The notes below the pieces were generated by a model that saw nothing but the letters and a program-made list of their open reading frames with translations, searched no databases and was not told where the DNA came from. From Candidatus Obscuribacterales bacterium (GTDB lineage Bacteria > Cyanobacteriota > Vampirovibrionia > Obscuribacterales > Obscuribacteraceae), in contig CBDDIJ010000003.1 in the NCBI GenBank assembly GCA_965228855.1, forward strand, positions 2,624,001 through 2,688,000: DNA of 64,000 bases, written 5' to 3'. A program made the translations under genes and the position numbers. Shown here in pieces: positions 38,855 through 47,500 of the stretch. Position 1 is the stretch's first letter. Each line of letters starts with the position of its first letter.

Positions 38855-39460
38855 GTGGTTGACAACTTCCAGAAGAGAAAGCGGCCCAAGGTACCTACAA
38901 GTCCCTGGGATATTCTGGTTGCGTCCGTTGAGCAGTCAATGGATCAGGGCAAGTGGGACGAGTCCGAGTACCTGGCGCTCTCAGCCCTGGAAGAAGCGGA
39001 GTGTTTTGAACCCGACGACCGGCGGCTCGGCATCACGCTAGAACTTCTTTCCGAAATTTACTACATGACCCAAGAGTATTATCGAGGCGCGCCCGTCATC
39101 AGGCGTTTGCTTCAGATGTATATTCGCTGTCTGGGTCCGGACCATCTGGATACAGGCACGGTCACGCACAACGCAGCCATGCTTTACCACTCCTGGGCGA
39201 AGTATGACGAAGCTGAACCGTTTTATGTTCAGGCGCTTCGCATCAAGAAAAACCGCTTGGGACGCGCCCACCCGCAAGTGATGACCCTTCTCGGTCATTA
39301 CATACAACTTCTGTACCAAACAAATCGCGTCAAAGAAGCCGAGGAACTGAAAGCGACAGCGATCGCAGTTTCCTCCGGACGCTTCACGCGTTCCGGTCAG
39401 TGGAAAGCAATGCCACCCCCGCAAGACGCAGCCCTCGCCGGCAAGAAAGACGAAGAGTAG
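38855..39460 (+). CDS. Tetratricopeptide repeat protein
   Basis: LGPDHLDT..NAA.LY..YDEAEPFY.QAL. Confidence 0.85.
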   Translation: MVDNFQKRKRPKVPTSPWDILVASVEQSMDQGKWDESEYLALSALEEAECFEPDDRRLGITLELLSEIYYMTQEYYRGAPVIRRLLQMYIRCLGPDHLDTGTVTHNAAMLYHSWAKYDEAEPFYVQALRIKKNRLGRAHPQVMTLLGHYIQLLYQTNRVKEAEELKATAIAVSSGRFTRSGQWKAMPPPQDAALAGKKDEE

Positions 39461-39473
39461 GAAGAAAAAAATG

Positions 39474-39784
39474 TCCTACTATAATTTCTAAGAGCTGACA
39501 AGCCCCGAGAGTGCCTCAGAACAAACGTTTCGGGCTCACCTTCTTTCTTCGAGGCCGCTCTTGTCTATCAGGCAATGACGGAATTTGGGAAATCCGGCAT
39601 TCTGTCGTAGACAGCCCCTCCTACTACATTTCCTAAACACCCCTTCCTACTATATTTCCTAAGAAGTAACGAATCCCGAGAGTGAATCAGGACAATCGTT
39701 TAAGGATTCTCTGACTTCCTCGACGGAGTTGTTGTCTATCAGGCGATGCCGGAATTTGGAAAATCCGGCATTCTGTCGTAGACA
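39474..39784. repeat. Two diverged 140-nt direct repeats (39474-39613; 39645-39784)
   Basis: Both start TCCTACTATA and end TTGTCTATCAGGC.ATG.CGGAATTTGG.AAATCCGGCATTCTGTCGTAGACA; partial head copy at 39619-39636. Confidence 0.9.
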
Positions 39785-40145
39785 CTTACGGATCCGACCT
39801 CCCAGCGGACTACGTTTGACTGGCAAGTGTGCAGGAGATGATCATCTTTGCATCGATTTCGGATCGGATTTCTGCACATTCGAACCTCAGTCACCGATTA
39901 GGCGAACCGCAGTCGCCGATTAAGCGAACCAAAGTCGCCAATTTCGGATTTCAGATGCCGGAATTTGCTAATCCGGCATTCTGACGTAGTCACTTACGAA
40001 TCCGACCTCTCAGCGGACTACGTTTGACTGGCAAGTGTGCAGGAGATGATCATCTTTGCATCGATTTCGGATCGGATTTCTGCACATTCGAACCTCAGTC
40101 GCCGATTAGGCGAACCAAAGTCGCCAATTAGTCGCCGATTAAGCG
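39746..40145. repeat. Two near-identical ~163-nt direct repeats (39746-39908; 39955-40116) with 22-nt AGTCGCCGATTA.GCGAACC sub-repeats
   Basis: Directly visible sequence identity, period 209 nt. Confidence 0.92.
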
Positions 40146-41491
40146 TTCACACCACGCTCGCGAGAGATGCGACGAACATCAGACTGAACTTTGCGGCGGT
40201 AATCGCCGTGGATGTTGCGCCTGTCTTTGCCCCATTTGCCTTCTTCGGGAATACTCTCGACTTGAAATTTCAAGTTCTTGACCGTGTGACCCATTCCGAT
40301 TGCATCCGATGCACCTTGCGAAAGATCAATGACGCGGCTGTGAACTTTCTCGCCGCTACCGTCCGGACGCTCAACTTTTCGGCCGGCGAAGGGACCATGA
40401 TCGGTAACGACCACGCGAATTTCTCTGCCGTTATCAGGGTTAGTCACTTTCAGCACTGTGCCGAAAGGGAATTCTCTGCTGGCTGCAGTCAACTCGTACT
40501 TGTTGAACGGCAGTCCTGATGCCGTTTCACGTCCACTCCTGTACATAGAGGTCGTCCCCTCGAATCGATCCCCTTCGTTGTATCTCTTCAGAAACGGGCT
40601 TTTGAAGGCGCCTTCGGGTTTCTCACGAGAGGGACTAGAGTCATCGCTTCTTGGTTCTGGATTGACAGTCGGCTCTGGATTTATATCCGGTCGCCGCTCA
40701 GGCTTAGGCGCAGGTTCCTCCCGACGACGCGGAGCCGGCTTTTCATCCCGCTCTCGGCGAGGACGCTTATGTTCGGGTTGAGCGCTTGGCTCGAATTCCG
40801 CCGAGATCAAACGCTCGCGAATGCGATTGCGAAGACCCTCGTCTTGAATTGAATTTAAAACCTTTTCGACGTTTTGTTGCGTCAAAAGCGCGTCTCCGCG
40901 GCTCAGAACGTTACCATCACCATGTTCAGGATTAGATTTCCATTCTGATTTCAGAGCATTCGTAAAAGCCTTCTTCTCCTCATGACTAAAACCGTCGCCG
41001 AGAAGACGCGATGCAACCTGGTGATAGCCTTCTTTTTTACGAACCTTCGCAGCATCGAGTGTGTTGGTCTTCAGTTCGGTTGCCACCGCTGCCGGTGCGT
41101 CCTCCGGCTTCACAACTTCCGGTGCGGCGGCCCGCGCATCTCCCGGATCGGCTTCTCTGGGCGGCGTGGCTTTCTTTCCGGGCTCATCGGTGGAACCGGC
41201 TATGACATTGCCTTTCTCATCAGTTACGGCGACATCCGGCAGCGTGATCCCATCTCTTTTCGCGAACGCACCCATGATGTCCACAGGTTTGCCAGCAGCA
41301 AGATCAGCGACCGAGTTCGAGTCGAATTCCGGCAGTTTTCCAGTCGGGCCGAGTTCGCAGCGAGGGTCGTATTTGAAAACATCTTTGACTTGAGCAGGGT
41401 CGGAAAGGTCGACTCCAAGATTGGTTGCGCCACTTTTGGGCGTGTTTACCTCAGCGACACCGTCGCTGTGCTTCTGCACTTCAGATCCCAT
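40139..41491 (-). CDS. RlpA-like (DPBB) lytic transglycosylase domain protein with a long N-terminal region
   Basis: ETASG..F...ELTAASREFPFGTVLKVTN..VTDHGPF..RVIDLS. Confidence 0.85.
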   Translation of the reverse strand: MGSEVQKHSDGVAEVNTPKSGATNLGVDLSDPAQVKDVFKYDPRCELGPTGKLPEFDSNSVADLAAGKPVDIMGAFAKRDGITLPDVAVTDEKGNVIAGSTDEPGKKATPPREADPGDARAAAPEVVKPEDAPAAVATELKTNTLDAAKVRKKEGYHQVASRLLGDGFSHEEKKAFTNALKSEWKSNPEHGDGNVLSRGDALLTQQNVEKVLNSIQDEGLRNRIRERLISAEFEPSAQPEHKRPRRERDEKPAPRRREEPAPKPERRPDINPEPTVNPEPRSDDSSPSREKPEGAFKSPFLKRYNEGDRFEGTTSMYRSGRETASGLPFNKYELTAASREFPFGTVLKVTNPDNGREIRVVVTDHGPFAGRKVERPDGSGEKVHSRVIDLSQGASDAIGMGHTVKNLKFQVESIPEEGKWGKDRRNIHGDYRRKVQSDVRRISRERGVNA

Positions 41492-41644
41492 AAGGGTGAG
41501 ACCTCAATATTCATGGTAAGGGGGGTCGGGCACCATTTAAGATACCAACCCATCGTTACGGCCCCGTGACATAAGCAGAGCGCAAGCTTCCTGAAACCAG
41601 AGCCTGTCCCTTTCTCCCCGTATTCTTACGGCTCCGACAGCTTG

Positions 41645-41677
41645 AACAAACGAAAAACCCGGGCAACAGCCCAGGTT
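41645..41677 (-). terminator. Intrinsic terminator downstream of the rpoB-paralog gene cluster
   Basis: Minus strand AACCTGGGC-TGTT-GCCCGGGTT-TTTCGTTTGTT. Confidence 0.7.
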
Positions 41678-41881
41678 CTTCTCTACCCCTCAGTGATTAA
41701 GTCTTCGATACCCCAACCATTTCGAATCGGTTTAAAACCGAATCGAATCTTGGTCCAGGTCCGCACACGCGACGAGTCCCTTACCTCATCGCATATGCAA
41801 ATTCCTTCAGGTGCGCTTTACTGCACATTTTTTACTGGTTCAAATCGAAATTCGCTTTGATATTTATTTGAGCCTGTTCTG

Positions 41882-42688
41882 CTACGCAGTGATTGCGTGC
41901 GGCGTAACCGGCACAACACCTGCTGCAGGAACGAACGTGCCTTCCGTAACATTGTCCGCCGTTTGTGGGAACAAGTTGAGAGTGCGACACTCGGCATTCT
42001 GCCATTGCGCGCTAATCATGCCCTTCTTGTAGAGTTCTTGGTGAGTTGCGAAGAAGCAATATTTTGCCAAACTCGAATTCGACATTTGAGCGATCTTCGC
42101 TTGCAGAGCGGCTTGCGACTCATCGTCTCTAGTGACGATTAGAAGCATTTCGCAGCCTGCCTCGACTATTGACTTTTCCAGACCTGCAAGAGTTGCATCA
42201 TCGCAATCAGGATTGTTCGCGATTCCGATATCATATGCGATACCATTGCATTGGAATGAAACCTTTGCGTCCAGGTGGAATTTCGCTTTGTCTTCGCCTT
42301 TCACCGTCGACCATTTGATGTCAGAGGCTTTGCCTTCGTTCTTCGCGATTAGATAAAGCATCCGGATGTTGGCGACTTCGAGGTGATGACGCTGCCAATT
42401 CGCATCGAAGCGATCGGTATCATCTTGCTCTTTGCCGGAGACGCTCTTAGCCATCGGAGACAGCATGTATACGAGCGGTTTGGTCGGCGTCGTCCACCAC
42501 GGCAACTTGGTTCCGTGACGGTGACAGAGAAGATAATCGAGATAAAAGAGTTTTCTGAGACGATCTCTGATCAAGACTGGTTTGTCTTCTTCAGTGATGA
42601 ACCACGAAATATGTTTTTCCAACAAAACTTCGTGCTCATCTATCAAATTGAAGATGAGATGGTCTCTGTCATTGAGCTGAATAGCCAT
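41882..42688 (-). CDS. Replication-relaxation (Replic_Relax)-like wHTH protein with a degenerate C-terminal domain
   Basis: LNDRD..I..LI.EH.VL...RDRLRKL...YL...P.VY.LS...RHHLEVANIR resembles the family pattern; recognised by eye. Confidence 0.55.
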   Translation of the reverse strand: MAIQLNDRDHLIFNLIDEHEVLLEKHISWFITEEDKPVLIRDRLRKLFYLDYLLCHRHGTKLPWWTTPTKPLVYMLSPMAKSVSGKEQDDTDRFDANWQRHHLEVANIRMLYLIAKNEGKASDIKWSTVKGEDKAKFHLDAKVSFQCNGIAYDIGIANNPDCDDATLAGLEKSIVEAGCEMLLIVTRDDESQAALQAKIAQMSNSSLAKYCFFATHQELYKKGMISAQWQNAECRTLNLFPQTADNVTEGTFVPAAGVVPVTPHAITA

Positions 42689-42747
42689 TACTGCCTCGCT
42701 GGGGGTGTTTTTTTTCTGAAGGGTTTTACTGAGTGGTTTAAAAAAAA

Positions 42748-43515
42748 CTAGCGGGTAGGTACTTGTCCGCCAACGCGTTTGATTTCTTCGATAGAAGGAT
42801 TGCCTTTTACGTATTGCTGCAGAGCGTCTGTCTGCTGTCTCATGTGGACGTGATATTTCATTCTCAAATCAGTGTCCAGAGCATAAATCCGCTTGTTGAG
42901 TTCTTTCAAACCCTTCGCTCTGTTGTGAATCGAGTCCAACCCTTCTTCTAACTCCTCCATAGTTTTCGCTGCGGGTCTGGGTTTTATCAGGTCCTCGTAT
43001 ACCGATGCTGAGTCCGCGTACCAATCGGCTACTAAGTTGACATAGTCTCTTATGTCGGTGGTGCCGGGTGGGAACTCTAACTTTCGGAGAACACCAGCGA
43101 GATATCTGTACTTCACAGCAACTTTCTTCGCGGTGTCTGTCCACTGCTGAACGCGCTCTGCCTCTTGATTGAAACCGCGGGTGAGGATCGCGGATTCACC
43201 TTGAGTTTTGCTGTAGCAGAAAACTGTCTGGTCGAAATTTTCGAACCATCTAACTACAGGATCATTGGGATTTGACATCATCGCCAATGCGCCCTGTTTG
43301 CCGAGCGGGTTCTCGGGAACCTCGGTGGCTTTGCGAATTCTTTCTTTGGCGGCAGCCGCTTCGCGAGCACCGCTATCAGAGTTGAATTCATCGTGCATCG
43401 GCTGGGCAGCTACTGCTGCGAAACCGAATGAGCTTGCTGTCAGCACCACGGCTGCAACTAATGCTGCTGCCACCTTCTTAGTTTTGATGCTGTCGTTGCG
43501 TACGCTCATTTCCAC
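42748..43515 (-). CDS. Hypothetical secreted alpha-helical protein
   Basis: KKVAAALVAAVVLTASS..AAVAA signal peptide. Confidence 0.7.
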   Translation of the reverse strand: MEMSVRNDSIKTKKVAAALVAAVVLTASSFGFAAVAAQPMHDEFNSDSGAREAAAAKERIRKATEVPENPLGKQGALAMMSNPNDPVVRWFENFDQTVFCYSKTQGESAILTRGFNQEAERVQQWTDTAKKVAVKYRYLAGVLRKLEFPPGTTDIRDYVNLVADWYADSASVYEDLIKPRPAAKTMEELEEGLDSIHNRAKGLKELNKRIYALDTDLRMKYHVHMRQQTDALQQYVKGNPSIEEIKRVGGQVPTR

Positions 43516-43612
43516 TTTCCGTTTGTGCTTCCAGTCGACATACTTATTTGTATAACGAGTGTCGAACTTTATCTATGTTGTATTCACGTACTTGGCAGCG
43601 GTTTTCCGCTCT

Positions 43613-44578
43613 TTAATGTCCGTACAGTGGATCAACTGGTACGCCACTTCTGCCATTGCTACCGCTCGCTCCAGGTGTTGCCGGAGTATTCGGTCTCGAC
43701 ATGAATGCGTCTTGAACTTGTGATGGAGCCGGTCTCGATACGTTTTGCGCCGGCGTGTCGCTGTTGGCGTTATACGTATTCATTTGAACGATCTTCCAGA
43801 TAGTGTATGCGGAGAGGAGAAGCATCATCCCTGCGGCCGCGCCGAATACTCTGGAACCTCCATATGGATTACCCATGACCATCGAGTAGGCAGCCATCGA
43901 CATGAAGATCGTGGCACTGACTACACCGAGGATAACGAGATAACGCGAGAAGGTCCAAACCGTCGGAAGCGGATGGTCTGGAGTGTAGCCGTAAATGCTA
44001 TTGTGGTCCGGCTTCGGATAACCGTTGCCAGGCGCATCACTATCGATGAATTTGCGTCCGCCATTGTTGGTCGCTTGTGGATACGGAGCAAGAGCTTCGT
44101 TAATTTGTTCCATTTGCGCATCAGTCGCGGTAGCTTCAATTGTTTGTTCGCCCGAACGCATATTGACTCCGAGAATGCCCTCGATTTGACTGATGGCGTC
44201 GTTGCTCAAAGTGTCGGGACGAATTGTGGTGACCTGTCTTTCGCCGCGCGCTCCGTTGTGAAATACACGGACGGTGCTGCGGTCGCGACCTTCACCTGTT
44301 GGAAAACTGTGACCGGGAGTGGCATCAGAGGTTCCAGACGGAACATTCTGGGCGCCGCCCGCATCACCAGGGGTGACTGCAGGAGGCGCGGTGCCGTCGC
44401 CGACCGGTGGTGGCGCAGGTGGTGCGAACTGAGCATTAGCGGAGACCGAAAAACCGACGGAGAAGAGCACGGCAACCGCGAGGGCTAAAACGCTTCTCGT
44501 CAGGCTGTCCTTGTTTCTCATCTTCACTTGCATGTCCTTCGTGTCCTCGTAAAATAACTTGTTCGTTTCCTGTCTCAC
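43613..44578 (-). CDS. Exported/membrane protein with a C-terminal two-helix T4SS-pilin (VirB2/TrbC)-like segment
   Basis: Signal peptide (SANA|Q); YLVILGVVSATIFMSMAAYSMVMG-NPYGGSR-VFGAAAGMMLLLSAYTIW; abuts the rpoB-like stop; true start may be an ATG slightly inside. Confidence 0.55.
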   Translation of the reverse strand: MRQETNKLFYEDTKDMQVKMRNKDSLTRSVLALAVAVLFSVGFSVSANAQFAPPAPPPVGDGTAPPAVTPGDAGGAQNVPSGTSDATPGHSFPTGEGRDRSTVRVFHNGARGERQVTTIRPDTLSNDAISQIEGILGVNMRSGEQTIEATATDAQMEQINEALAPYPQATNNGGRKFIDSDAPGNGYPKPDHNSIYGYTPDHPLPTVWTFSRYLVILGVVSATIFMSMAAYSMVMGNPYGGSRVFGAAAGMMLLLSAYTIWKIVQMNTYNANSDTPAQNVSRPAPSQVQDAFMSRPNTPATPGASGSNGRSGVPVDPLYGH

Positions 44579-47500
44579 TTATCGGTCCGGAGTCGATCCA
44601 CCATCATTGCCGCTGGTGTCGGTTCCAACATGAACTTTTTGAGGTGCTCGTGTGATTGTCATCAGCTCTTGAGCGAGGTTCTGCAATTCACTCAGCGAAG
44701 GGAAGTCGAATAATGGATCTTCCTTGCTGTCGAGCTCCGGTGCTATCAGACTGGACAGCTCAGCAGACGGCGCCGGCTTGGTTTCTTCAACGATTGAGAT
44801 TTTAAGGTCATCATCGTCAGGTCCAAAGAAGCTGTCACCGAGGATGGTGTCAACGAAGTCGTCAACACTTTTTGTACCTGCGGGACTGACTTCTTGCTCA
44901 CTACCCTGGAGATTTGCTGGCTCATCAATGTCATCAATCAAAGACTCCTGTGTGCTGAGTTCGAACTGTGGTTTTCTTCCGTTTCTGCCATTTGTCATGG
45001 ATGTGATCATCGGCAGTCTAGGTGCTCGTACAACTGGCTCGTAGTCGCCACCCGGAATTTCGAGAATCTTCTGACCTTCCGCATTTTCGAGCATGTGAAC
45101 AGAGGACACTTGCAAGGTTTCTTCCAGTGTCGCGTCCTCCGGAAGCGCGATTCTCGAACAGGTTCTGTCGGGCACTGGTTCGAAACTGTCGACCACTCTT
45201 CCGAGCGTGACTTCAAGACCGAGACCGCGAATCTCGCAGCAGAGTCCGTCGAAAGCCGCGGTACGGCTGCCGTTTTGAACATTCTTGCCCTGCACCATAT
45301 CGGTGTAAGCCTGGTGTCTGCCCTGGATGTCGTCGGCTTTGATGGTCATCATCTCGTGAAGGATGTTTGCCGCACCATAAGCTTGAACAGCCCATACTTC
45401 CATTTCGCCCATGCGCTGACCGCCGTGGTTGGCTTTTCCGCCGACCGGCTGTTGAGTGACCGCGGCGTAAGGACCGCCGAGACCGCAACGAGCGTTGACT
45501 TTGTGGAGAACCAACTGGTTCAACTTGAGCATGTACTGGCGTCCGACAAGAACTGGTCTGTCGATTTTTTCACCGGTTCTGCCGTCGGTCAGAATGACTT
45601 TGCCGTCTTCGCCGAACCACTCGTAGCCTGGAGTCTTACGAACTTCAGCCAGTGCTTCCTTGACCAATCTATATGAAGCGTCATCACTGAGAGATTCATC
45701 GAATTGGTGAATGCGGTAATAGCGATTGAGAATATCGGAATAAAGTCCGAGCTGAGTGTCGAACACCTGACCGACGTTCATACGGGACGGTACGCCGAGG
45801 GAGTTGAGCACCAGGTCGACCGGAGTACCGTCGGGAAGGAAAGGCATATCTTCATCGGGAACAATGTTCGCGACGATACCTTTGTTTCCGTGACGTCCAG
45901 CCAGTTTGTCGCCAACTTCAACAGGGCACATTCTTGCGATCAGAACTTCGATTTCGCAGATCACACCAGCTTTCATTTCAGGTGTGGTTTCCGGCGTGAA
46001 GATGCGAACGTCGATTACGCGACCGCCCGAACCATGTGGAACTCTCAAGCTGCTATCGCCCATTTCTTCAGCGACCTTTCCGAAGATTGCCTGAAGCAAT
46101 TCTTCTTCGGAGCTCAATGCGCGATGCTCTTTAGGTGTCAGTTTCGAAACAAGCACATCGCCGGCTTCAACATAAGCGCCGATTTTTGCGATACCACGCT
46201 CATCGAGATGCTCGAGATCTTTGGATGAAACGTTGGGCAATTCCGGTGTGAGAATTTCAGGTCCTCTCAAAGTTTGATAAACGTTGAGCGAATGTTTCTC
46301 GATTTCGATGTGGGTGAGTTTTTGATCGCGAACGAGACCACGACGGACGACGATAGCATCCTCATAGTTGTATCCGCCCCACGGCATGAACGCGATTAAT
46401 AGGTTTCGGCCCAGAGCCAATTCACCTTTGTCGATGCCAGGTCCGTCTGCGATGATTTCGCCGGCTTCAACTTTTTGTCCGAGCGAAACCGATGGACGTT
46501 GGTCGAGAATCGTATTCTGGTTGGTGCGATCGAAACGAGTGAGATTGTAAGCGCGCTTCTCACCGGAAGCTTGCGTGATCTCAATGTTCTGTCCGCTCAC
46601 TTGAGTGACGGTGCCACCACGACGAGCAGTGATCGAATGTCCGGACGAACGAGCCACGATTTTTTCCATGCCCGTTCCAACACGTGGGCGCTCAGGGCGC
46701 ACCAGCGGTAGAGTTTGGCGCATCATCCCGCCACCCATCAGGGCGCGTCCCGTATCATCGTGCTCGAGGAATGGGATCAAACCTGAACCAACTGAGAGGA
46801 AACCTTGCGGCGTGATCCCCATCATGTCGACCTGCTCGGGAGTTACCTCGATGAGGCTTTCTCCGCGACGAGCTGCGACCAGCGGTCCGAGAATTTTGCC
46901 ATCAACACAACGAGTGTCAGGCGGTGCAAGAGTGTATTTCTTATCGTCGGATGGTGTGAGGAATTGCACTTCATCAAGCAAGTAGCCATTCTTCACTTTG
47001 CGATAAGGCACGGTCAAGAAACCATCATCATCGATACGGCAGTAGCTGGCGAGGTACGAAACCATACCGCAGTTCTTACCTTCAGGCGATTCTACGAGAC
47101 AGACCCGACCGATTTGCGACGGGTGAACGTCACGCATTTCGACAGGTGCTGCGTTCGGATCGATACCGCCAGGTCCGAAGGATGTGATTCTTCTTCTGTG
47201 CGAAAGTTCCGAAAGAGGATTTTGTTGATCGAGATACTGAACGAGCGGGTTGCCCGAGAAGTATTTAGTGATTGCGTTGGAGAAAGGTCTCGTGTCGATC
47301 AAATCGTTAGGACTGCCGATCTCTTCGTCTTCGTTGAGTTCGAGTTTCATCTTGATCGAACGGGTCATCTGACCGAGAGCCGGGCGAACAGCTTTGAGCA
47401 TTGTCTCGCCAACACCACGAAGGTGTCTGTTTTCCAGGGAGTCGATGTGATCGATAAAACCCATATCTGAAGGAAGACCGAGAAGATACTCGATTGCTGC

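Noticed and set aside
39490..39715. Tandem glycine riboswitch (GAGAG...TCAGG words)
   Set aside because: Spacing too short, P2/P3 elements missing, and it lies between convergent genes
39870..40100. tRNA (GGTTCGAAT T-loop-like motif on the minus strand, two copies)
   Set aside because: No T-stem or cloverleaf can be formed around it
39474..40145. CRISPR array
   Set aside because: The sequences between repeats are themselves repeated, periods are irregular (22/171/209 nt) and no cas genes are in the window
39729..40519. ORFs 39729-39923 and 40037-40519
   Set aside because: They run through the non-coding repeats or antisense to the RlpA-like gene, and frames are not preserved between repeat copies
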